Positions 1-9,145 of a stretch of DNA of 64,000 nt are shown here, in pieces. This DNA is from an uncultured Actinomycetota bacterium. Lineage in GTDB: Bacteria; Actinomycetota; Actinomycetes; Mycobacteriales; Nakamurellaceae. How positions within the stretch are numbered: position 1 is the first letter of the stretch; every line of letters starts with the position of its first letter. The stretch is taken from assembly GCA_963844455.1 (NCBI GenBank), contig CAWJOH010000015.1, positions 265,210-329,209 on the forward strand, read 5' to 3'. Under the pieces are notes generated by a model that saw nothing but the letters and a program-made list of their open reading frames with translations, searched no databases and was not told the origin of the DNA. Both the position numbers and the translations under genes were made by a program.

Positions 1-287
1 CCGATGCCCGTCCGGCGGATGGCCCTGCCGGACGGCTGACCGCACCACCCGTGGCGGGCTCGCCGGCGGCCGACCCGTCCGACGGTTCCGCGCCGGACCC
101 GCCGGTCTCCGCGGTGACCCCGATCCCGCCGACCGGCGGGCCGGGGCCGACCGCGCCGGCGCCGGCCGTGGTGGAGACGCTCGACTCGGCGACCGCCTCG
201 GGGGGGAATGCCCTCGGGTCCTGGGACTCGATGTCCGGGTGGTCCTCGCCCGCCGAGCTCCCGCCCGCCGCGCCGCCGGGCACCTGA
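1..287 (+). CDS. C-terminal Pro/Ala-rich part of a protein that begins before the window (partial)
   Basis: The frame of ORF 51..287 is open back to the window edge; low-complexity sequence; stop at 285-287. Confidence 0.4.
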   Translation, partial: DARPADGPAGRLTAPPVAGSPAADPSDGSAPDPPVSAVTPIPPTGGPGPTAPAPAVVETLDSATASGGNALGSWDSMSGWSSPAELPPAAPPGT

Positions 288-427
288 TTCGGTTCCCGGC
301 CGCCGCCACCCTCCCCCGTCATCCGGCGATCACCCGACCGGCCCTGGCGCACCTCGCCCGCCGGACGGAGGTAGCGTCGCAGGGTCGCGTCCCGATCGGA
401 CCGCCGGTACCACGAGAGAGGACTTCC

Positions 428-973
428 GTGAGCCTGGATCGCCCCGTCGCCCCCGACCCCTACGCGCTGCTACCCGATGTCGGGTCGTTCACGGTGGGTA
501 GCCCGCACGTGCGCGACGGCGAGCCCGTCGCCCTCGAGTACGTGTACGGCCCGGATGCACCGGGCGGGGCCAACCGCTCCCCGGCCCTGTTCTGGTCCGG
601 GTTCCCGGACGACACCCGGTCCTTCTGCGTGAGCATGTTCGACCCGGACGCCCCCACCCCGTCGGGCTTCTGGCACTGGTCGGTCGTCGACATCCCAGCC
701 GACATCACGGAACTCCGCGCGGATGCCGGCAATCCGGGCTCGGACAACCTGCCGGCCGGCGCGTTCCACGTCGCGAACGACTTCGGGACCATGGGGTACG
801 ACGGGCCGGCCCCGCCGCCCGGTGACCAGGTGCACCGCTACTACTTCGTCGTGCACGCGGTCGACGTGCCCCGGCTGGGCATCGACTCGTCGGCGAGCGC
901 CACCGCGGTGTCGTTCAACCTTGCGTTCCACACCCTCGCGCGGGCCATCCTCGTCCCGACCTACGCGTTCTGA
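428..973 (+). CDS. YbhB/YbcL family (PEBP/Raf kinase inhibitor-like) protein
   Basis: DPDAPTPSGFWHW, GYDGPAPPPG and HRYYFVVHA motifs; GTG at 428 after a GAGGA RBS. Confidence 0.9.
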   Translation: MSLDRPVAPDPYALLPDVGSFTVGSPHVRDGEPVALEYVYGPDAPGGANRSPALFWSGFPDDTRSFCVSMFDPDAPTPSGFWHWSVVDIPADITELRADAGNPGSDNLPAGAFHVANDFGTMGYDGPAPPPGDQVHRYYFVVHAVDVPRLGIDSSASATAVSFNLAFHTLARAILVPTYAF

Positions 974-979
974 GCTGTC

Positions 980-2386
980 GTGGCGGACTTCGACCTGGTC
1001 ATCATCGGAACGGGTTCCGGCAACTCCATCCCGGGACCCGATTTCGCCGACTGGCGGATCGCCGTGGTCGAGGCGGGCGACTTCGGCGGCACGTGCCTGA
1101 ACGTCGGATGCATCCCGACCAAGATGTTCGTGTACCCCGCCGACGTCGCCGAGGCGGCGCGCGAGGCACGCCAACTCGGACTGCGCACGCGCGTCGAGGG
1201 CATCGACTGGACCAGCATCCGGGACCGGGTATTTGCGCGGGTCGACGACATCGAGCGCCGCGGCCGGGCGTACCGGAAGGGCCCGAAGTCCCCGAACACC
1301 ACCGCCTTCGAGGGCTGGGGGCGGTTCACCGGGCCGACGTCGATGTCCGTCGCGATGAACGACGGCTCGTGCGAGACATTCACCGGCGACCGGTTCGTGA
1401 TCGCCACCGGCTCACGCCCGGTGATTCCCGACATCCTCGGCCTGGACCACGATCTCATCGGGTCCGTGGTGCACACGTCGGACACCGTCATGCGGATCGA
1501 CGAGCTGCCGTCGCGCATCGCGGTGCTCGGCGGCGGCTACATCGCCGCCGAGTTCGCCCACGTCTTCGCCTCGTTCGGCAGCCAGGTCACCCAGCTCGTC
1601 AGGGGACCGCGGGTCCTCAAACACCACGACCGCGACATCTCGGACGCCTTCGGCACTCTCGCCGCCAAGCGCTATGACCTCCGGCGGGACACCACGGTGT
1701 CGGCGATCGAGCCGGGCGAGGGCGACAGCGGCGTGACCATCCACCTCGACTGCCCCTACGGCGACGAGACCGTCGACGCGGACATCCTGCTGATCGCGAC
1801 CGGGCGGCGGCCGAACACCGACCGGCTGGGCCTGCGGGCGGCGGGGGTCAAGGTCGACGACCACGGCCAGGTGGTGGTCGACGAGTACCAGCGCACCTCC
1901 GTCGACGGCATCTTCGCGCTCGGCGACGTGAGCTCCCCGTATCAGCTCAAGCACGTCGCGAACCACGAGGCCCGCGTGGTGGCACACAATCTCGCGCACC
2001 CCGACGACCCGATGGCGGTCGACCACCGGTTCGTGCCGGCCGCGGTGTTCACCGAACCGCAGATCGCGTCGGTCGGCCTGACGGAACAACAGGCGGAGGC
2101 GAGGGGCATCCGCCACGTCGTCAAGCGGCAGCAGTACTCGCGCATCGCGGCGGGCTGGGCGCGCGAGGACTCGACGGGCTTTCTCAAGGTGCTCGCCGAT
2201 CCCGCGACCGGACTGCTGCTCGGCGCCCACATCATCGGGCCGGAGGCGGCCACCATCATCCAGCCGTTGATCCAGGCGATGTCGTTCGGGCAGTCCGCGC
2301 GTGAGCTGGCCCGCGGCCAGTACTGGATCCACCCGGCGTTGCCGGAGCTCGTCGAGAACGCCCTGCTGGGGCTGGATCTCGACTAG
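980..2386 (+). CDS. mtr: Mycothione reductase
   Basis: IIGTGSGN FAD motif, GGTCLNVGCIPTK redox-active disulfide, C-terminal GQYWIHPALPELVENALL typical of Mtr. Confidence 0.9.
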   Translation: MADFDLVIIGTGSGNSIPGPDFADWRIAVVEAGDFGGTCLNVGCIPTKMFVYPADVAEAAREARQLGLRTRVEGIDWTSIRDRVFARVDDIERRGRAYRKGPKSPNTTAFEGWGRFTGPTSMSVAMNDGSCETFTGDRFVIATGSRPVIPDILGLDHDLIGSVVHTSDTVMRIDELPSRIAVLGGGYIAAEFAHVFASFGSQVTQLVRGPRVLKHHDRDISDAFGTLAAKRYDLRRDTTVSAIEPGEGDSGVTIHLDCPYGDETVDADILLIATGRRPNTDRLGLRAAGVKVDDHGQVVVDEYQRTSVDGIFALGDVSSPYQLKHVANHEARVVAHNLAHPDDPMAVDHRFVPAAVFTEPQIASVGLTEQQAEARGIRHVVKRQQYSRIAAGWAREDSTGFLKVLADPATGLLLGAHIIGPEAATIIQPLIQAMSFGQSARELARGQYWIHPALPELVENALLGLDLD

Positions 2387-2455
2387 GAACCGGCGAAAGG
2401 CCCAGCGGCCGGCGCCCACCGGACCGGTACGTCCGGCAGTCCGATCGCGACCGGC

Positions 2456-3310
2456 TCAGGGCAGCGTCAGGACCTCCGCGCCGGTGGCGGTGACGACGAG
2501 CGTGTGCTCGAACTGCGCCGTCCACGACTTGTCCTTGGTCGTCACGGTCCAGTCGTCGTCCCAGAGGTCCCACTCGATACCGCCCAGGGTGATCATCGGC
2601 TCGATCGTGAAGGTCATCCCCGGCTCGAGGACCGTGGTCACCGACGGCTCGTCATAGTGCAGGACGACGAGCCCGGAGTGGAACGTGCGGCCGATGCCGT
2701 GACCGGTGTAGTCGCGCACGACGCCGTAGCCGTGGCGCTTCGCGTAGGACTCGATGACCCGGCCGATCACGTTCATCTGTCGGCCGGGCGCCACCGCCTT
2801 GATCGACCGCCGCAGCGCCTCCTCCGTGCGCTCGACCAGCAACCGGTTCTCCTCCGAGACGTTCCCGGCGAGGTAGGTGGCGTTCGTGTCGCCGTGCACG
2901 CCGTGGATGTAGGCGGTGACGTCGATGTTCACGATGTCGCCGTCCTGGATCACCGTGCTGTCCGGGATGCCGTGGCAGATCACCTCGTTCAGCGAGATGC
3001 AGCACGACTTCGGAAAGTGCTTGTAGCCCAGCGTCGACGGGTAGGCGCCGTGATCGCAGATGTACTCGTGCACCACGCGGTCGATCTCGTCGGTGGTCAC
3101 GCCGGGCGCGACCGCCCTGCCGCCCTCGGCCATCGCCCGGGCCGCGATAGCGCCCGCGACGCGCATCTTCTCGATGATGTCCGGCGTCTGCACCCACGGG
3201 TCGGTGCTCGTCGCGGGCCGGTCGCGGCCCACGTACTCCGGGCGCGGGATGGTGGCCGGCACCGTTCGGATCGGCGTCGGCCGGCCGGGAGTCAGGGCCG
3301 TGCGCAGCAT
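2456..3310 (-). CDS. map: Type I methionine aminopeptidase
   Basis: [32 protein letters not shown] and AQFEHT metal ligands; start placed at MLRTALTPG. Confidence 0.95.
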   Translation of the reverse strand: MLRTALTPGRPTPIRTVPATIPRPEYVGRDRPATSTDPWVQTPDIIEKMRVAGAIAARAMAEGGRAVAPGVTTDEIDRVVHEYICDHGAYPSTLGYKHFPKSCCISLNEVICHGIPDSTVIQDGDIVNIDVTAYIHGVHGDTNATYLAGNVSEENRLLVERTEEALRRSIKAVAPGRQMNVIGRVIESYAKRHGYGVVRDYTGHGIGRTFHSGLVVLHYDEPSVTTVLEPGMTFTIEPMITLGGIEWDLWDDDWTVTTKDKSWTAQFEHTLVVTATGAEVLTLP

Positions 3311-3441
3311 GGACTCGAGAGTACTTCGCCGCCGGTGACCACGACGTGTCCGATTCCGCAGGTGCGCCTTCTTGACACCGCCCGCGGTCGACTGTCTGAT
3401 CACGATGATCACTTATCCACGGTCAGCATCAGGGGGATTCC

Positions 3442-5052
3442 GTGTCCACTTCAGCCGCGCTGCCCCCGACGACCGCGAGGTCCAAGGGCCTCGCCCTGGC
3501 CGCGATGGTGTTCGCGGTCGCGATGACCTTCATCGATCAGACGATCGTCGCCATCGCGAGCCCGAACATCCAGGAGGAGCTCGGCCTGAGCCGCAGCGGC
3601 GTGCAGTGGGTGATCAACGGGTACCTGCTCGCGCTGGCGGCCGGATTCGCGCTCGGCGGCCGCATCGCCGACGTCCTCGGCTCGCGCCGCGTCGTGCTGA
3701 TCGGGATCATCGGCTTCGCCGTCTCGTCGGCGCTCTGCGGCGCCACGCCCAAGGGCAGCTTCGCGGAGACCTGGATCATCGTGTTCCGGGTGACGCAGGG
3801 TCTGTCGGCGGCATTGATGATCCCCGCGGCCCTGGCGGTCGTCGTCTCGGCGTATCCCATCTCCGAACGCGGCCGCGCGCTGGCCATCTTCTTCGGCATC
3901 AGCGGCGGCCTGACCGCGGTGGGCCCGATCGCCGGCGGCTACCTGACGGCGTGGACGTGGCGGGCGATCTTCTGGATCAACATCCCGGTGGCCATCATCG
4001 CCGTGATCCTGACGCTGGCGGCCGGCATCCACTCGACGGCGCGCCGCGAGAAGATCGACTGGCCGGGCGCGTTCCTCGTCGCGGCGGGCATGGCGCTGTC
4101 GGTCCTCGGGTTCGAGCAGGCCTCCACCTGGGGCTGGGACAGCCTGCTCACCTGGGGATGCATCGTGGTCGGGCTGCTGATCCTGGTCGTGTTCGTGGTG
4201 GTCGAGCGGCGCATCCGGATACCGCTGATCAAGGTGCAGATCTTCAAGGACCGGGCGTTCCTGGTCGACAACGGGGTGCTCTTCTTCTCGATGATCGCGT
4301 TCGTGCCGGTGTTCTTCTTCGCCAGCGTGTACTCGCAGGTGTCGCTGGGCTACGACGCGGACAACGCCGGCCTGTACCTGCTGGTGATCTTCGCCGGGTT
4401 CGCGCCGGCCGCGCAGATCGGCGGTCGCATGCTGGACAAGAGCGGCGCCAAGCTGCCGATCATCCTCGGCAGCGCCATCGGCGCCGCCGGGTTCTACTTC
4501 TGGTCCAGACAGCTCACCGAACTGAACCTCGGCAACCAGTGGTGGGCGATGGTCCTCGCCGGCGCCGGCATCGGCCTGCTGCTCGGCCCGGCCAGCACGG
4601 ATGCCACGAACCGCGCCATCAACGCCTCCTACGGGGAGGTCACCGGCATCACCCAGACCGTGCGGAACTACGGCTCCGCGCTCGGCCTGGCCGTGCTCGG
4701 CACGATGCTGACCAACGTGTTCGCCCGGAACCTGACGACCACCCTGACCACCGCGGGGGTGCCGGCGGACCAGGCCCCGGCGGTCGCCCAGCAGATCGCG
4801 GCGAGCGGCGGCGCGCCCTCGTCGGGCGGTTCGACCGGGTCCGGCGTTCCGGAGGCGTTGCAGACGCAGATCGTCGACGCCGTCCCGCACGACTTCGCCG
4901 CGGCCACCCAGGTGGTGCTGCTGGGCATGGCGATCGCCCTGGTTCTCTCGTTCTTCGTGGCGCTGGCGCATCCCGGCGGCAGGGTGACCGAGCCGGTCGT
5001 CGAGCCGACCGCCCCCGAGCCCGTCGCGCCCGAGCCCCGGCCCGCCGGATAG
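3442..5052 (+). CDS. DHA2-type (14-TM) MFS efflux transporter
   Basis: DQTIVAIASP, WVINGYLL, GGRIADVLGSRR (motif A), WRAIFWINIP; many hydrophobic segments. Confidence 0.9.
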   Translation: MSTSAALPPTTARSKGLALAAMVFAVAMTFIDQTIVAIASPNIQEELGLSRSGVQWVINGYLLALAAGFALGGRIADVLGSRRVVLIGIIGFAVSSALCGATPKGSFAETWIIVFRVTQGLSAALMIPAALAVVVSAYPISERGRALAIFFGISGGLTAVGPIAGGYLTAWTWRAIFWINIPVAIIAVILTLAAGIHSTARREKIDWPGAFLVAAGMALSVLGFEQASTWGWDSLLTWGCIVVGLLILVVFVVVERRIRIPLIKVQIFKDRAFLVDNGVLFFSMIAFVPVFFFASVYSQVSLGYDADNAGLYLLVIFAGFAPAAQIGGRMLDKSGAKLPIILGSAIGAAGFYFWSRQLTELNLGNQWWAMVLAGAGIGLLLGPASTDATNRAINASYGEVTGITQTVRNYGSALGLAVLGTMLTNVFARNLTTTLTTAGVPADQAPAVAQQIAASGGAPSSGGSTGSGVPEALQTQIVDAVPHDFAAATQVVLLGMAIALVLSFFVALAHPGGRVTEPVVEPTAPEPVAPEPRPAG

Positions 5053-5075
5053 CCGGGCCGGATGGCCGGGGCTCG

Positions 5076-5124
5076 GGGTCGGGCCGGGTCGGCCGGGTCG
5101 GGTCGGTCGGGTCGGGTCGGGTCG
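5076..5124. repeat. Imperfect (GGGTC)n microsatellite between convergent genes
   Basis: About 8 GGGTC/GGCC-type units visible directly in the sequence. Confidence 0.7.
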
Positions 5125-5152
5125 GCCCGCGCTGGCAGCCCGAGCGGCCCGG

Positions 5153-7153
5153 TCAGCCCGGGATCGCGGCCAGGAAACTGCGCGCCGACTGGATCGTGTA
5201 CACCGAGTCCTCGCCGCCGACGATCATCGTCGCGAAGGCCAGGTCACCGCGGTAGCCGACGGTCCATGCGTGCGCGTGCTGCGTGCCGTCGTCCGCGGTG
5301 AACTCGGCGGTGCCGGTCTTCGCGTGCACGTCCCCGAGGTCCGCGAGGCCCACGCCCGTGCCCTGCTCGACGACGGCCCGCATCATCGTCTGGATGTCCC
5401 GCTGGACGGTCGGCGAGCGAGCGGGCGCGGGCCTGTCGACGGTGGTGGTCGTGCCGCGGATCAGCAGCGGCATCGGCATGGTGCCGTTGGCGGCCGTCGC
5501 GGCCATCAGCAGCGCGGAGAACGGGGTGATCAGCACGGTGCCCTGGCCGAACCCGTTCTCCGCCCGCTGCACCGTCGTGTCCGCCACCGGAGCCGACCCG
5601 GTGAGGGTGGTGATGCCCTGGACCACGAAGTCCAGGCCGATGCCGTAGTCCGGCGCCGTGCTGGTCAGGGCGTCCGCCGGCATCTGTGACGACAGCGACG
5701 CGAAGGTGGTGTTGCACGACCGGGCGAACGCGAGCACGGAGTCCACGGTGCCGAGCGCGAAGTCGTGCGAGTTGTCGACCTGGCGGCCGTCGATGACGAC
5801 GCTGCCGGGGCAGTCCACCGGCCGGCCCGGCGCGATCAGGTCGCGATCCAGCGCCGCCGTGGCGGTGACGATCTTGAACGTCGAGCCCGGCGGGTACCGA
5901 CCGGTGAGCGCCGGGGTGCCCTGGGCGTCGGCCGGCGCATTCTGCGCGACGGCGAGGATCTCCCCGGTCGACGGCTGCATCGCGAGGAACACCGCCGGTT
6001 CCTCGCCGGCCGGCGATCGCCGCCTCCGCCGCCTGCTGCACCGTCGATGTCCAGGGTGAGCATCACCTGCTCGCCCCGCCGACCGGCTGGCGTCTCGCTC
6101 AGCGTCTCCAGTGCACCGCCGGTGGTGTCGACCGTGATCACCTTCCAGCCGGGGGTGCCCTCCAGCAGCGGTGCCACCACGGGATTCACCTGGGCGAGCA
6201 GGGCGCGGGCGAAGTCAGCGCGTCGGCGGCAGGTTGCGCTCCTCGGACGGGAACACCAACCCCGGGATCGTCTCCAGCCGAGCGCGCAGCGGCTGGAAGT
6301 CGGACTCCCGCAGGTTGATCACCGTGTAGCCGACGCCGTTGTCGCCCGATCCCCCGCCGGCGGTCGGCGTCGGGGCGCTCGCTCCGCTCGACCCGGCACC
6401 CGTGGTGGCCGCGGCACCCGTGGTCGGTGCCGCACCGGTCGTGCCGGCGCCGTCCGTCGGGCCCGCGGTGCCGGCGGCGGTCGCCTCCGCGATCGCGGCC
6501 TGCGCGCCGGCCACGATGCCGTCCGCGGTGATGCCCTTGTCGACGTCCGTGAGGATCGGCGCCAGCGCGGCGGCGGTCGCCGCGAGATCGGGCGTCCGGC
6601 CGGTGAGCAGCACCACCGAGTACACGCGGATGGGCGAGACGATCTGCACGTCGTTCCGGTCGACGAGAGCCCCGGGATCCGCCTCGGTGGAGCGCGCCGC
6701 GAGCGTCTGCCGCTCCCCCAGCTTGGGATGGATGATCGCCGGCGACCAGTCCAGCGTCCAGGCGTCGCCGTCCTGCCGCCACGTCCAGTCGACGGGGTAT
6801 GTCCAGGTCCCGGCGTCCGGGAGCACCCAGCTGATGGTGGCCTGGGTGGTGGCGGTGCCCGCCGTGCGCGAGACCGGCCCGGTCTCGATGGAGATGGAGT
6901 CCGGGCGCAGGTTGGTGATCACCTCGTCGAGCACCTGGGCCGCCTCGAGCGGATCGGAGGTGTCCTGCGCGGCGTCGTCGGGCCGCAGCTGCTGCCACGC
7001 GTCGACGAACTCGGCGAGGACGGACTCCGGGCCGGGCGACTGCTGCGGCTCCTGGGTGCACGCCGTCAGCGTCACAGCGGTGACGAGCAGGGCGACGAGC
7101 CGGCCGGTCCGGGAGCGGTGCCCGCGACGCGACCCCGGGCGAGACGAGATCAC
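5153..7153 (-). CDS. Lipoprotein penicillin-binding transpeptidase (NTF2-like N-domain), read through two frameshifts
   Basis: Three collinear ORF pieces (6215..7153, 5836..6189, 5153..5992); lipobox LTAC; SxxK (GSTFK), SCN and KTGTAE motifs; breaks near 6215 and 6000-6040. Confidence 0.85.
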
Positions 7154-7176
7154 TCAGCCAGTATCCCGGCCGGCTC

Positions 7177-8130
7177 TCACAGCCAGGTGTACACGCGCAC
7201 GGCGGTGCCCTCGGATGTCGAGCGGATCTGCACCAGGTCGCAGAGGTCGTTCGCCCGCCGGATGGACCTGCCGCGCCGCCCCTCGTACCGCGGGGGCCGG
7301 CGACCGACCATCGGGTCCGAGACGACGCTGGCGTCGAGCACCTCGCAGACCAGCGCGCGGCCGTCCCGCCAGAGCCGGACCATGCCGTCGCCGTCGCCGT
7401 CGCGCAGGCCTCCGCGGCTGATCTCGTGCACGGCCGCGCTCAGCCGATCGGCGCGATCCTCGGACAGGCCGGCCGCGGCGGCCCGGAGATAGAGCCACCC
7501 GGTCAGCTCATGGCAGTTGCTCTCCGTGACGATGCGGTGCTCGACCGGCACGCACGGCTCCGGCAGGTGCTGCCCGAACATGGCGCCGGCGTGATAGGCA
7601 CCGCCGTAGCTGGTGCTGCCGCGGTAGTCGTTCCGGTCGATCACCGCCGGGTGGCTGCGATGCGCCTCGACGATCACCTCTGCGTCGAGCGAGGACAGGT
7701 CGTAGGGGCACACGAGCCACAGCGGGGTGTCCGGCGCGACCGCCAGATTGAGCAGCGCCTCGTGCAGCTGGCACTCCAGGATCTCGGCCGCCCGCCGGCC
7801 CGCCCACACCGGCTCACCCACGCCGCGGATCGGCACGCCCTGCGGCGCATGGACTTCGACGAATTCACGCCAGGCGGGAATGATCCTGGCCGGGTTCGCG
7901 CCGAGCTCGGCCATGTCGACGAACGTGACCCAGTCGGCCCTGGGTCCGAGCGCCGCCCGCAACAGTGCGATGCGCTCCGCGATGACCGCCACCATCACCG
8001 GCTGGCCGAGGTCGATGCCCTCCCGCACGAACGGCTCGACGGCGGCGACGAACCCCTCGTTCCCGCGGTAGAGCAGCGCCTCGTGCCGGTAGGCACGGTG
8101 CGCCCTGGTCGCAGTCGTCATGGACGGCAT
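7177..8130 (-). CDS. MEDS sensor domain plus RsbW-like anti-sigma/ATPase domain protein
   Basis: YRHEALLYRG, GANPARIIPAW, RGVGEPVW, HEALLN, CPYD; C-terminal VRLWR...CEVLD...LCDLVQIRS. Confidence 0.85.
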   Translation of the reverse strand: MPSMTTATRAHRAYRHEALLYRGNEGFVAAVEPFVREGIDLGQPVMVAVIAERIALLRAALGPRADWVTFVDMAELGANPARIIPAWREFVEVHAPQGVPIRGVGEPVWAGRRAAEILECQLHEALLNLAVAPDTPLWLVCPYDLSSLDAEVIVEAHRSHPAVIDRNDYRGSTSYGGAYHAGAMFGQHLPEPCVPVEHRIVTESNCHELTGWLYLRAAAAGLSEDRADRLSAAVHEISRGGLRDGDGDGMVRLWRDGRALVCEVLDASVVSDPMVGRRPPRYEGRRGRSIRRANDLCDLVQIRSTSEGTAVRVYTWL

Positions 8131-8304
8131 CCGGTCTCGATGGTCACACCTCGTGATCGAATCGGCAAGAAACGGTAAACCCGTGTCGATGCTACGCTCG
8201 CGCGCCGTGGCCGGACCTCGTCGCTAGCCACGCTCACGAACCGACCGAAACGGTCGGCTCCCGACCGAAACCCGGTGATGCAGAACGAGGCTCGGCGCGC
8301 ACGG

Positions 8305-9138
8305 TCAGAACAGGACGGAGGCGAACCGGCCGACCTGCTCGAATCCGATCCGTGCGTAGGTCCGGCGCGCGGGTTCGTTGTATCGGTTGACATACAGGCT
8401 CGGAACCCGGCCCATCGCCCGGATCGCCCTGACCACCGCGGCCATCCCCGGCGCGGCGATCCCGCGCCCGCGCAGGTCCGGATGCACCCACACGCCCTGG
8501 ATCAGCGCGACCTGCCGGGACAGCGACCCGATCTCGGCCTTGAAGACCACCTGGTCGCCGTCGAATCGGGCGAACGACCGGCCCTCGGCGATCAGGTCGA
8601 CGATGCGCGTGCGATAGCCCTGCCCGTTGTCGCCGGCCCGCGGGTCGACCCCGACCTCCTCGGTGAACATCGCGACGGCCGACGGGAAGTAGTCGTCGAT
8701 CTCGTGCGGCCGGACCAGGCGGACGCCCTCGTCGACCGGACCGAGCGGCTCCCGCCGGCACACCAGGAGCGGCTGGTCGGCCCGCACGTCGCGGGCGGCG
8801 CCCCAGCGCGGCTCGAGTCGCTCCCACAGCGGCAGCACCAGCTCGGCCGGCCCGAGGATGGTCGCGCACTGCCGGCCGCGGCGCGCGGCGACGTTCGAGA
8901 ACGACCGCATGGAGACGGCGTCGCCGGCCAGCGGCACCATCGACGCCCCGGCGAACAACAGCCCGTCACGGCCGCCGGCCACCCCCCAGAACTGGCCGCC
9001 GAGCGCCGCGTCGTTCATCCCGACCTGCTCGAAGCGAGCTGCCACCATGCAGCCGACGATCGGGTCCGCCGCGAGGACCCGGCTGACCTGGGCGGCGTGC
9101 GCCGGACCGAGCACCCGCGCGAAACTCGTGGTCAGCAC
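8305..9138 (-). CDS. GNAT acetyltransferase (DUF4081-type, usually next to ispG)
   Basis: AMFTEEVGVDP, VFKAEIG, IQGVWVHPDLRGRG, SLYVNRYNEPAR. Confidence 0.85.
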   Translation of the reverse strand: MLTTSFARVLGPAHAAQVSRVLAADPIVGCMVAARFEQVGMNDAALGGQFWGVAGGRDGLLFAGASMVPLAGDAVSMRSFSNVAARRGRQCATILGPAELVLPLWERLEPRWGAARDVRADQPLLVCRREPLGPVDEGVRLVRPHEIDDYFPSAVAMFTEEVGVDPRAGDNGQGYRTRIVDLIAEGRSFARFDGDQVVFKAEIGSLSRQVALIQGVWVHPDLRGRGIAAPGMAAVVRAIRAMGRVPSLYVNRYNEPARRTYARIGFEQVGRFASVLF

Positions 9139-9145
9139 GGATCAA

